This document shows positions 12,995 to 26,012 of a stretch of 64,000 nucleotides of DNA, in pieces. The notes below the pieces were generated by a model, which did no database searches, had not been told where the DNA came from, and worked only from the letters and a program-made list of their open reading frames with translations. A program made the translations under genes and the position numbers. This DNA is from Octopus vulgaris. Taxonomy: Eukaryota. The stretch lies in contig OX597819.1 of the NCBI GenBank assembly GCA_951406725.2, positions 58,032,001 to 58,096,000 of the forward strand, in the 5' to 3' direction. Positions within the stretch are counted from its first letter, which is position 1. Each line of letters starts with the position of its first letter.

Positions 12995-13549
12995 GGCGCA
13001 GGAGTGGCTGTGTGGTAAGAAACTTGTTTCCCAAACACATGAATCCGGGTTCAATCCCGATATGTAGTACTTTGGGCGGCAAGCGTTTTCTACCATAGCC
13101 TCGAGCCGACCAAAGCCTTGTGAGTGGATTTGGTAGATGAAAACTGAAAGAAGCCCATCATATATGTATGTGTGTGCGCACGCGCGTATGTGTATGAGTG
13201 CGTGCGTGTGTCTGTCTGTCCTCCACTACCGCTTGTCTACCGGTTTTCGTGTGTTTACGTCCCTGTAAATTATCGGTTCAGCAAAAGATACCGATAGAAT
13301 AAGTACCAGACTCTTTTACTCTTTTATTTGTTTCAGTCATTTGAGTGTGGCAATACTGGAGCACCGCCTTTAGTCGAGCAAATCGATCCTAGCACTTTTT
13401 TTGTAAGCCTAGTACTTATTCTATCGGTCTCTTTTGCCGAACCGCTAAGTTACGTAGACGTAAACACACCAGCATCGGTTATCAAGTGATGTTATGAGGC
13501 GGGGGGGGCAAACACAGACACACAAACACATACACACACACACACACAG

Positions 13550-13611
<62 letters not shown>

Positions 13612-13800
13612 GACGGGCGTCTTTCAGTTTCCGTCTACCAAATTCACTCACAAGGCTTTGGTCGGCCCGAGGCTATAGTAGTAGACACTCCCCTCCCCAA
13701 CAAAAAAATGTATTGAGGTCGATTCATTTGATTAAAAATTCTTCAAGGTGATGCCCCAGCTTGGCCGCAGTCTCACGACTGCAACGAATTAATGATAAAA
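12995..13800 (+). mobile_element. SINE family A variant interrupted by an antisense family-A copy (13311-13690)
   Basis: The head at 12995 runs to AAGTACCAGAC (13310) and resumes at ~13700 after the minus-strand copy. Confidence 0.8.
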
Positions 13801-14379
13801 AGCATTCAAATATTATATCAGCTTTGCCTCGTGTAGGTCCTTACATTTAAAATCAGTAGTGCCACTTATACACCCGTAAATAGAGTATATGTGACAAAAG
13901 GAAGTTTAGCCAAAAAACCACCCACGAAGGACATATTATTTATTTCTTTATTGCCCACAGGGGGCTAAACATAGAGGGGACAAACAAGGACAGACAAAGG
14001 GATTAGGTCGATTACATCGATCCCAGTGTGTAACTGGTACTTATTTAATCGACCCCGAAAGGATGAAAGGCAAGGTCGACCTCGGCGGAATTTGAACTCA
14101 GAACGTAACGGAATTTGGACTCGGCGGACATGTTGCCAACAAGCTGCCGGACCATCTGGATAAATTAGCTTAAAAAAATAAAATGAGTGGTTTGGGCTTC
14201 GATGCCTTTTATCCTAGGAAAGTTTATCAGTAACGAGTCAGTGAAGGGTGAGTACGTATGTTGCGGTGTGACCTGTTAGAATTAGCAGCCAGTTCACCCT
14301 AGGGGTTCTAACCAACAAAAGTAACTGCCAAATCAAAACCTCCTGTCACAAGACATGTGACAAGTATTGTAACTTAAAC

Positions 14380-14459
<80 letters not shown>

Positions 14460-14910
14460 TCGCTATTGTTGTCTTCTTCACCACTACCACCACCACCACC
14501 ACCACCACCATCATCAGCATCATCATGACACCCACCACCACTACTACCGAAACCGCCGCCGCCGTCATCATCATCATCGTCATCATCATCGTCACCATCG
14601 TCACCGCCGTCATCATCATCATCGTCAGCAGCAGCAGCAGCCGCAATAGCGGCATCAACATCTATTTCAGTATCATCAGCATTGACAATCTACATCATCC
14701 TCACAGTCATCAACATCAACAAAACTATCACCACCATCACCACCACCACTACTACTACTACTACCACCACCACCGCCACCACCACTACTACCACTACCAG
14801 TAATAGCACCAACAGCAACACCATAACCAGTAGCAGCAGCAGTGAAATCTATTGTTGCTGTTGCTGTTGGCAGTGGTGGTGGTGGTGGTGGTAGTGGTGA
14901 GGATGGTGGA
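14380..14910. repeat. Compound trinucleotide array (CAT/CGT/CAC/CAG/TAC)n
   Basis: Direct observation. Similar arrays occur at 24535-25030, 27370-27920, 33420-33520 and 38760-39230. Confidence 0.95.
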
Positions 14911-15432
14911 ACCACTGCTGATGCCACGTTTTTTTTTTTTCTAGTCTTCAATGCTGCATTTGCCCTCATCATCGTCGTGGCTATGTTTGCAAAATAATGT
15001 TTCATTAACCAACAAAGAATTTAATTTCATTTATTATTTAATTTCTTCCTCTTTTGTAATTTCTTTTCACGATTTTTTACATCTTTTTTATTAATTTATA
15101 TGTATATTTTTATATGCTGTTGTTGTTTTTTGTTTTGTTTTGTTTTTTTGTTGATTTTTTTTCAATTTATTGTGCTTATTTTATTAAAACTGCTTTGATC
15201 CTCGATCCGAACCGCTACGATTGGCGAATAGCCTGATTTTGTGATTTGACTGGGATTAATTCACTAATCAGATCATTGATTAACACACATTCCTTTAAAA
15301 TCTGGAAAATATTCAGGTTGCAGTTTATAAAGTGTTCCACTCGAGGGATTACTTCATATGTGTACATTCTATTATAAATGGATGAATGAATGGATGGATG
15401 GATGGATGGATGGATGGATGGATGGATGGATG

Positions 15433-15506
<74 letters not shown>

Positions 15507-15619
15507 ATAAGTACTAGGCTTACAAAGAATAAGTCCTGGGGTTGATTTGCACGACTAAAAGTCGGTGCTCTAGCATGGCCACAGTCAAATGACTGAAACA
15601 AGTAAAAGAGTAAAAGTTT

Positions 15620-15651
<32 letters not shown>

Positions 15652-17339
15652 CGTACATATTCTGATGTATTCACGCTCATACAGACATACAACATAATAT
15701 GTAAATATACATACATATGCGTGTGTTAGCATATATGCGTGTGTGTATGTGTGCGGAAACGCGCGTGTGCATATATATATATGAAAATAAATGCATACAT
15801 GCATACAATACATACATACACACGTACATATGAGCATACTAATCTGTAAACATGTAAACCCATACACATACACACACATATACACATGTGCATCTCTATG
15901 AGTACCTATGTGTGTCTAGCTATAAGCATGCATACAATACGAATATAAAAATCCATATTTAAAGATATACTTAAACTTAAATGCATACACTCTCCCATAC
16001 CTATCCCTGTTTGTATATATATACAGATATAAAATATTAAAAAAAAAACGTGTGCAAGCGAATGTGTATGAAATGGTAGAAAGGTGAGTGAGGTTTATAC
16101 ATAAAATAAAGACAAGAAAAACAAACAAATAAATGTAAGAAAAACAAGCAAATAAATAGAAGTATTTAAGGAACTACAGTTGAGATTAAAATTTAAGTAA
16201 ATGCAAAAATGAAATGAATCACAAATAGAATATTATTAGAATTTTAAATTATATTTAGGTAAATGTTTTTGGGTTTTTTGCATTAGAAAGCGAAATATCG
16301 GATTACTCGGGTTAAACAGACAGAACTTCTACCTATAAATGATTGGAGAAAAATGTAAATTTTTTAAAGTCAAGGTTTCTCAAGCGGATTTCGTCTTAAT
16401 TGATATCTAGTAGATTATAATATATTCTCAACAGGCGGAGATGATTCTAATAAATCGAGAATTTATATTGTACGTTATTTGATATACTCGTAGCAAGTTA
16501 GTTCTTTCAGCACAGTTTTCTTTAAGTTATGCATATCAACTAAGCCATAAATATGTTCTCCATTTTTTGCTTAAGTCTGAGTTCTTTGACTACTGAATAT
16601 GGTATCGGAGAATTGTCGTGCCGATGGCGTCTATTGAGGCAGAAACATGTGCCCACGACTGTCATCTTATCAGAGAATAAGCCTGTCCTGTTCCTTAAGG
16701 GCACGTCAACTTTGGGGAATTCTTGCTTCAAAAGTTTAGCTCCCCTTCTCATAGGGAGATGGTCTTAACTACCGTTTGATAATTATGATACAACCTCCAG
16801 AAGTGGAGATAATTTTAATTAAAAAAGACTTAGAGTCGTATGGTATCTGATATACTTATATTTGTTTTTGTTGATCGAATACATACCACTAACCTTTCTC
16901 AGTCATTTCTCTTGGCTCATTTTTGTTTAAATTACTAAATCAATTGCTGAAACACATCGGCGGCGGCAGCGGCAGCAGCAGCGGCAGCAGAAGCAACAGA
17001 AGCAGCAGCGGCGGTAGCGGCAGCGGCAGCAGAAGTGGCAGAGGCAGCAGCAGCTAGTTCTCGATATCGAGTAAATATTTATTCGTTTATGTCAATGCCT
17101 CACACAGCTTACAAGACCATTTTTACGTGGAACAACTGTCCACCGGGATCACAGGTGATGTCCGGTAGAGGCCTTGGTTAAAATTAGAACGGCTTTTGCC
17201 GTAGACGTTTAACTTTTTCATTTCTTTGCCTATTTAAGTAAGAGACCCAAAAATGTAGTTCTAATAATCATAATGCATTACTTTCCTCACATCTTATATG
17301 AGGAATGTAATCTTTAATGTAAATATTTGCCTGTTCGAT

Positions 17340-17570
17340 TTTAAAACGTTAAATATTTTTTTAGCAGATTGTTTGCTTTGGATAGAAGCCTTGAAAAAAA
17401 AAATCATTTTTCAAGTTTTCAGTTGTGCAAAGATTGCAATGTCTTCCGTTTCCTGGGTGTGATGTTGCTTCTGATAAATTGTTCCATTTTAATTTATATT
17501 GCTTATTTCTGCTTTTCAATCCCAAAGATAGCTCGCCGGTGAAGTGTCGTATCTTTGGGATTTGCATCGG
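17340..17570 (-). mobile_element. Penelope-like element GIY-YIG C-terminal fragment
   Basis: RHFTGELS..LKSRNKQYKLKW..LSEATSHPGNGRHCNLCTTE resembles the TELSKYIW.LK...Y.IKW.I...CNLC.EK pattern of PLE endonucleases. Confidence 0.7.
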
Positions 17571-18390
17571 AATTTATGAATATGCAGGTTGCAATGGAAT
17601 GGAAATGGATTAGAGGCGAGACCAATGCATAACTTAGAAGATTTATTCATAAATACGGTACACTGATAATGTATATCTTAGCAAGTGAATTAAAAATCAA
17701 GGAGACATTTCGGTTGGTTTGGTTCGATTCTTCAGTTGTTCCAAACAAAAAATAAAACAAAGTAAAGAATTAAGCAAAGATAAGTAATATTTATGCTGTG
17801 ATGAAAAGAATTTCTTAAGGAATTAGAAGAAAAATTTGGTTATAAGATACCAACTGCTACATTAAAAGGGGTGAAGTAATTTATAGTTTTTGCTTTTTTT
17901 TTTCTCTCTCTTATTTCTATAAGTAACTGTTTGCATGGGTTATCCGATGCATTTTCTCGAGTGGCTGTGCGGTAAATAGCTTGTTAACCAACCACATGGT
18001 TCCGGGTTTAGTCCCATTGCGTGGCACCTTGGGCAAATGTTTTCAACAATAGCCTCGGGCCGACCAAATCCTTGTGAGTGGATTTGGTAGACGGAAACTG
18101 AAAGAAGCCCGTCGTATATATGTGTATATATATATATATATATAGGCTATAATAATAATTATTTGAGGGAATATTATTCCTAACTTACCAAATATATACG
18201 TTTTTATTATTATTTTGCAATTTACTTAATCATCGGTATATTATTGTTATTTTTTTAAATAATTCTATAATATGTAATTTTCTAGATGGTGTAATTTAAT
18301 TGCTCATTTTGAATTGATAAAAGGTGTTTTCTTTCTAATTTATATATATATATATATAGGGTATATATATTTTATATATATATAATATAT

Positions 18391-18434
<44 letters not shown>

Positions 18435-18484
18435 CGTATATTTGCCATAATACGCCGACAACTATGATTGTCACAGACAGAGGT

Positions 18485-18543
<59 letters not shown>

Positions 18544-18544
18544 T

Positions 18545-19100
18545 ATTGTTTGATTTCACTTTTTCATATCAGGACAGTGGACGCGAAAAGTATAAGATTT
18601 TGAAGGAAATCATCGCGACATATGATTCACACGCTGACGAGAGGTCGTGAAACTCACCGTGGTAATGTTGGGAAGGATGACTTCCTTGCAATACTGACAG
18701 ACACATTTCATCTAAGTGTGTCCTCTGTACTACATAGCACCACCTGGTAGCATATTGAGATGGCAAATATACGTCACGATGTGTTACTGCTACGTATAAC
18801 TCACTGATATTTACATTGTTTGATTACTTCAATATGCGCATGGACGCTGGAAAGTAAGATTTTAAGGAATTCGCCGACAACATGATTGTCACATGAGAAG
18901 TCATGCCTCGAAACTCGAGTCGTGTGTATCATATGAAACGGGGATGACTTCCCTTGAATACTGACGGACACAGAAAGTGTGTATGCCAGCTGAGAGTGTG
19001 TCCTCCTGGGGTATATAAGTACCCCACCTAGTAGCCATATTGAGATGGCAAATACGTCACGATGTGTTCTGCTACTGTTATAACTACTTGATATTATCAT
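18545..19100 (+). repeat. Two tandem ~270-bp units each carrying hammerhead remnants (plus a partial third at ~18450-18487)
   Basis: Units start at ATTGTTTGATT (18545, 18815) and share GGATGACTTCC..AATACTGAC.GACACA and CATATTGAGATGGCAAAT. CTGACGA lies at 18634 and GAAA-ctcga-GTC at 18910-18921. Confidence 0.75.
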
Positions 19101-21698
19101 TATATATATAAAAAAAAAAAAAAAAAAAAAAAAAAACACACATATATAGAGCTGTGTGAAGTAGTAACCAACCCATGGTAGTTCATCACTGCGTGGCATC
19201 TGCAGTGCTTCGCTATGCCGACATGCCTTGTGAGTGGATTTGAGATGACTGAAAAAGCTTTATATATATATATATATATATTGTGTGTTGTGTGTCTGTC
19301 TTTTTCTAGCAGTGACAACGATATCCCGTCACTTAGCGGTTCAAAAGAGACCGATAGAATAAGTACCTAAGAATAAGTTCGGGTCGATTTGCCGACTAAA
19401 GGCGAATACGTCAAATGACTGTGTGTGTGTGTGTGTGTATGTGTGTCTGTGTTTGTCCCCCAAACATCGCTTGACAACGAATGCTGGTGTTTACCTCTCC
19501 GTAACTTAGCGGCTCGGCAAAATACACTGATTGAATAAGTACTAGACTTACAAAGAATAAGTCATGGGATCGATTCGCTCGACTAAATGCGGTGCTCCAG
19601 CATGGCCACATTCAAATGACTGAAACAAGTAAAAGAGTAAAAGAGTAATGAGCTTCCTTATAATACAGAAAAATATTCCCGAAAATTTACTTGTTGTTTG
19701 AAGTATTTGAAAGTCTAAGAGAAATATTCTAATATTTTTGCTGATAATGGTTAGATTATCTATGAATATAGTTTTAAAAATTGCATTAAATTTGCGATAT
19801 GGGTCAACAAAGGATTATTAGATGATAAGTAAAGTTCTTGGGATTATTGTGGGACAAAAAAACTATTGTTTTGTCTTTGTATATTTCTTTTCTAAGCTTG
19901 TGTATATGCTTCTACTATGTCACTATTTTATGCCGAAATTGCTTCCACACATCCTAACATCGAAAGGAATATTGAAAATTTTAAAATCCAGATAAAATTG
20001 TCAAAGAACACAACAGTTTTACTCTCTCGCATATGAAATGATACCGACAGTGAAACCAGAGTTACTATTAATTATCTAGAAAAATTAAGTGTATTAAATA
20101 GTAGTATTTTAGTAATAAGTATAATAGAGTTCTGATCCCTGATATCTAACAATGGGAATTTGGAGTTATGCATCAAGATATTTTAAACATCCTATAACAG
20201 CATAAGTATTATTCTATAAGTATTATTCCACTAAGTTATTCTATATCATCCATTAAATTATTACAAACATTTTCTTAGTCAATCTGAGGGACGTTAATTT
20301 ATCAAATGGAGAGTCAATTGTTAACATTGAATACGTCTGATGTGTTCAGTTATATTATCAATGTAGATATCAGAAGTAATTTGTTAACACCGTTAAACGC
20401 AGAATTTAAGTGTACTATTTTAAAACATTATTCTAGATTACTTTCCTTTGCAGTCTCTTTCTAATTTATTCCCTTTTTTCCAACAACTTATTTCCCAAAT
20501 GCTAACGAATTTAATAATTCTTTCTAATCCTAGTATAAGGTCAAAATACCACTCGGCAGTAAATTTTCCGGCTCTTTCCATTCTGATTTCAAATCCCACT
20601 GGGATCAACTTTGTCTTTCATCTTTCCAAAGCTGCTAAAATAAGATATTATTCCAGCACTAGGGTAAAGGCTGATAAAAGAATTGCTGCCATTGTTCCTA
20701 AATCAAATATTAATAGCCAGTAAAAGGCGGCGAGCTGGCAGAAACGTTAAGCATGCCGGGCAAAATGCTTAGCGGTTTTTCATCTGGCTTTACATTCTGA
20801 GTTCAAATCCTGCCGAGGTCGACTTTGCCTTTCATCCCTTCGGGGTCGATAAATTAAGTACCAGTTGCATTCTGGGGTCGATCTAATCGATTGGTCCACT
20901 CCCCCCAAATTTCGGGCCTTGTTCCTAGAGTAAAAAAGAGTATTAATAGCCATTAAGGCGATAGTATGTATTGGAAAGATATAAATTTCAAATTTCGGTA
21001 CAAGGCTATCAATTCTGGGAGAGAGGTAAGACGATTAGATTGACCCCCCAGGTTTCAAGTGGCACTTATTTCATCGAACCCCAAAAGGATGAAAGGCAAA
21101 GTCGACCTCGGCAGCTTTTGAACCCAGAACGTAAAAACGGACGGAATGCTGATAAGCCTTCTTCGAGGCGCGGTAACGTTTCTGCCAGCTCGCTGCCGTT
21201 GTGTGTTGGAAATATATTGGCAGCTATTTCTAACAAATTAGATGAGTCACCAGAGACCTTGTCACTGGCTCTTTTAGAGGTCTTGTTTTTTTTTGTTGCT
21301 GCGTTGTTGCTGTGTTTTGTTGTTGTTGTTTATGCTACCGTTGTTGTTGGTGGTGGTGGTGGCTGTTGTTGTTGTTGTTGTTGTGGTGGTGGTGGTGGTG
21401 GTTTATTCCCAGTTCATCCCAGATTCAGCAGGGATATGATCAAAAACGTTCCAGCTGCGACGATCCCGTTTATTATGCACACATTGTGCATCAATTATCA
21501 ATATTAGCCAATATTTTCTTTCCCTGCATACATATACCCCCACACCCACACACACACATACACATGCACTCACGCAAACAAACAAAGTAGCAGACGATCT
21601 TTTCCATTTGATAATTTATGCCCAAGTTTTTGGAAATTTTCTATTCAGAGTTAGTTTGGCGTCCTAATTATGAAAACCACATCATTATTTAATCATCA

Positions 21699-21771
<73 letters not shown>

Positions 21772-21797
21772 CATCATCATTATCATCATCATCATCA

Positions 21798-21859
<62 letters not shown>

Positions 21860-21989
21860 GGTGGATGTATAAATTAATAACAAGTTACAAGCATGTAAGG
21901 ATTTTATTTATTTTTATTTTTATTTTTTGTTTTTTACTAATTTTTGCCAGTCAGAAAGGTCCTGTTAATGTCATACTGCAAATTGCGAT

Positions 21990-22620
21990 TGTCATTCTCC
22001 GCTTAACAAGATGCCACAGCTTGTTTGGCAGCTTCTTTGCTTTCATCAAGCGGTTCTCCTTGGCCTTGTGTGTCAGAACTTGCTCATTACGCTTCTTGTA
22101 CGAGTGGTAGCGAAGGTTCTAATTCAGAACCAGCTTCAAGGTGGCGACTTCAACATTCATCTCTCTCGCCAAATCCCGGATTACTCGGTTCTTCCATCAT
22201 CTTGTCTTGCAGTTGTTGGATGAATTCCAGCGTTCAGATGCAGTCAGAACGCCTGCTGTGTCCCTTTCTGCTGGCCATGGATTGGTTCCCTCTGTTGCAG
22301 CTCTCTATGTCACGTCTTTCATCCTTTACAATCCGCGACTTCAACATTCATCTCTCTCGTCAAATACGGGATTACTCGGTTCTTCCATCATCTTGTCTTG
22401 CAGTTGTTGGATGAATTCCAGCTTTCAGATGCAGTCAGAACGCCTGATGTGTCCCTTTCTGCTGGCCATGGATTGGTTCCCTCTATTGCTGTTCTCCATG
22501 TCACGTCTTTCATCCTTTACAATCCGCAAAGCATTGAGCAGCTGCCATAGTGTCAGCATCTTGAAACACGGCACACATCATCATGATACAGTTAGCTCTT
22601 TTCTAATATTCATATGGTTT
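21990..22620 (-). mobile_element. Tc1/mariner-superfamily transposase pseudogene fragment (N-terminal DNA-binding region)
   Basis: Minus strand: RKGHSRRSDCI*TLEFIQQLQDKMMEEPS/IRDLAREMNVEVATLKLVLN*NLRYHSYKKRNEQVLTHKAKENRLMKAKKL, an HTH plus the 'R..RL.KAK.L' linker typical of maT/mariner-like transposases. Confidence 0.78.
22144..22525. repeat. 191-bp direct tandem duplication within the transposase remnant
   Basis: 22144-22334 is repeated at 22335-22525 with few substitutions and GC microhomology at the junction. Confidence 0.95.
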
Positions 22621-23189
22621 CCAGTCATGGCAGCTAACTTTTTCTCAACAGCAACTTTAATCTCTATGCTCTCCAACACCGTTGACTATTTACCAATACA
22701 TCAAGCTGCTCCTGAGGAAAGAAGACTTTAAATTCATCATGTTTAATCCGAGTACCATGTACAGAGAGACAAGCATGTATAGAAAGACAAGCAAACACAG
22801 ATACGTACCTTATTTACATTACTTACATTCGACGAAATTTGTCCTCATCTTGTTTATTGTTAACACATAGATACGTGTAAATATGCTTTGTGATTGACCT
22901 TCAAGAATTAGCAGTCGAATCTCCCTCAGATCATATTTTCTTAAATAAAGGAATGACACGCTGCACGATGTAGGACAGTCATAAAAAGGCAGAATGGTCA
23001 TGATTGGAACGACTGAGATCATAGATCTACTCACTCAGAGCTGACCCAGGGCTAAGGCTAAATATAAAGACTAACGCATCTTTACTCACATGTTCATTAG
23101 TGGTGTCCCAGCATGGCCACAGCCTTAGAGGTGAAATTTATACGTACGCACAGCACCTTTTTAAATGCATATTCAGACAGTACACTGGC

Positions 23190-23192
23190 AAT

Positions 23193-23223
<31 letters not shown>

Positions 23224-23499
23224 GCACACACACACTTTCTGTGTTTGTGTGCATGTGCGTATTAGTGTCAGTGTGCATTTGTTAGTGTGTGTTTATGTTT
23301 GCATGAGTGTATACACAAGCACTCACAAACACACACACACACACACAAATAAAATCACAACTCATACAGACGCACAAACCCGCACACTCGCACACCTGGG
23401 TGAATACACTCATACATATAAACTCATTCACACATACACTTCTACGCGAACACGTGCACATACGCATACACACAAAGGTAGACACACTTATGTGCTCAT

Positions 23500-23545
<46 letters not shown>

Positions 23546-24385
23546 GCAAACACGCAGAAACAAATTCACACACACATATATACAATCACACACAATTTAC
23601 AATCACGAACGCAAACACACACACACAATCACACACGATCACACACGCAAACACACACATACAATCACTCATACGCATATACAATCACACACGCAATCAC
23701 ACACACATACAAATACTAGCGAACACACATAGAATCACACACACACACACACACACACTCTTATACACATGATTAGATAAAAAAGCACAGAAGTACACTT
23801 ACATATTTGTGCTATCACATTCACACTCATACGCACATAGGCAGGTACACACTCCCACGCATAAATATACGCAGTCACTCGTACATACATACATCCACAT
23901 ACAAACTTGAATGTCTTATCACATATGCGTATGTCGATGTACACACACACACACACACACACACATACACACACACACACATACACACACACACACACAA
24001 ACATGTATATACATGCTAACCATAATTCCTCCCCTACATATGATCCGACACATACACGTATCACCACACATAGACACAAACGCACACACAAATAAAGACA
24101 CAATGAATCACACACCCTGGTGCACATTAACAATGATACAAGCACACAGACTCAAAGACACAAATACACATAAACACAGAGAGAAAGAACCATACACGTA
24201 GAGAAAAGCAAAGACTCTTACACAAATACACACTTATCCATACACAAATAAACTTCGACGAAGATAAACACACACATATACACACACACAGAGACATACT
24301 GACGTACGTGCACACCAATACGCAGACATATGCATATATATATATATATGTATGTATGTATACACACACACACACACATACACAC
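23190..24385. repeat. Long degenerate (CA)-rich low-complexity tract
   Basis: Direct observation. Confidence 0.93.
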
Positions 24386-25900
24386 GGTACTAGTTTTAAT
24401 TTAATCAGCAACATAAGAGAAAGGAATGAAAAAAATGTCGTGAAGTAATTTAAACAAAAATTTTTGAATGAAAATTTAAGATTGTTTTGTTGGCAAAAAA
24501 ATTTTTTTTCATGATTTTTTCTTCAACAAACTTTATGATGATGATGATGATGATGATGAGGAGGAGGAGGAGGAGGAGGAGGAGGAGGAGGGTGGGATCT
24601 GATAGTGATAATAATGATTGTGGGGGTGAAGATGGTGTTGATGATAACAGTGATAATGGTGGCGGTGTTGGTGGTGGTGGTGGGATTTGGCGAAGGGGGT
24701 GCTAGTAGTTGTGATAAGTGTAGCGATAGTGCTGTTCATGAGGATGATAATGATGATAATGTCGAAGAGGAGGTAGAGGTGAAGGTGGAGGAGGAGTGAT
24801 TATGGCAATGGAGGCGGCGGTGGTGATGGTGATGGTGATGGTGATGACAATGTTTCTGTTGAGAATGATCACTGTTAACATTAACATCCCAATCATGATC
24901 GACACTCCCAACCCCACCAACGTCCCCATTCCCATCGCCATCATCAGCATCCTCCTCTTCATCATCATCATCATCATTCTTCTCACCATCATCGTCGTGA
25001 TGACAACGACGACGACGACGACCACTGCAACGTTGATTTCGTTAATGTTGTTTATAATTAAGACGCAGTCGCTTTTGATGTTGCGGTTGGTTTTCTTGTT
25101 AATGTTGCGGACTGAATGTTGTAAATATTGCTTTTGATTTTTGTTCGATATTGCTATTGTAGTTGTTGTTGTTGTTGCTAGTGTGATTGGCAGCGGTGGT
25201 GGCGGTGGCAGTAGTGGTGGCGGCAGCGGTCGGTGTGGTTGTATTCTTGTTATTCTTAGTCGTCCCTATTTTCGATATTGTTGTTGTCGTTAGCGCTGTC
25301 TTTGCATGTTTGGTGTCTTTCATATGTTTGTTACGATATTTGCTGAACTTGCCTTTTACAATTCTTGCTGTTGGTGTTGTCGTACTTGCTGTAGTTTAGT
25401 ATTGTTTTACAGTGATTGAAGTGGGTTTTTTTTTTTTGTTTCTTTGTTTTTGTTGTTATATAAGTTAATGTTGTTTTGCTGTTCGAATTATATTATTGTT
25501 GTGGGAGTTCGTTTCTTTTAGAAGTTGTTATTTGTATTGCTTGCTTAGTGTTACTTTTGCTGTGCTTGTTGATGTTGTGGTTGTTGTTAATGATGAAGTC
25601 GTTACGATTGTTTTTGAAGTTGATATTGTTTTTTGGTGTCGCCGTTGTCGTTGATCATGTGTTGCTTAGCACCATGTCATCCTTGAATGAGTAGTCCAAT
25701 GATGAAAGGTAATTCGGGCAGGACCATAACATTGGTTTTGTTATTACTTTTTAGGGCAATGCACATGTAGGACTATTTGATTGGAGAGTGAGAGAGAGAG
25801 TCCTGACGCATTTTTGATACGATAATTTTGAGAGTATTTTTCAATCCTTGTAAAATAAGTATTATTTTTTACATTCTAATGTCTTTTTCTTTCTTTGCAG

Positions 25901-26012
25901 GTTACTTTGTAGGACAGTGGATAAATTCGTATCAATTTTACTCTTAAAATGAATTTAGATTAAACCCATATCAGTCACTGCATTGTCTACCGATTCAAAA
26001 GGGTATTTTCAG
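25901..26012 (+). other. Candidate non-coding (UTR or lncRNA) internal exon
   Basis: A branch-point-like CTAAT (25876) is followed by the polypyrimidine tract TCTTTTTCTTTCTTTGCAG|G, and a donor CAG|GTATGG closes the exon. The sequence is not repeated in the window and has stops in all three frames. Confidence 0.4.

Larger units (their letters stand above)
12655..13885. mobile_element. pogo/Tigger-like MITE carrying nested SINEs
   Basis: Left end ta-CCGTACTTACTCGTATATA..GTCGCAC and right end GTGCCACTTATACACCCGTAAATAGAG-ta, with TA flanks. Confidence 0.55.

Noticed and set aside
16540-16768. Two overlapping ~70-aa ORFs in non-repetitive sequence
   Set aside because: No recognisable motif, and the length is compatible with chance.
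16958-17055. GCN repeat resembling a poly-alanine coding exon
   Set aside because: In-frame stops lie shortly upstream on both strands and there is no convincing splice acceptor, so it cannot be supported as CDS.
17701-17742. Minus-strand CTGAAGA..GAAA-t-GTC as a hammerhead
   Set aside because: The boxes are present but stem II and stem III do not pair. It may be a decayed copy but is too weak to call.
24796-25694. Hydrophobic V/L/I-rich ORFs that look like membrane proteins (also 38654-39372 and 47484-48173)
   Set aside because: They arise from degenerate GTT/GGT/CAT/CT repeats and have no start/splice context or recognisable domain.
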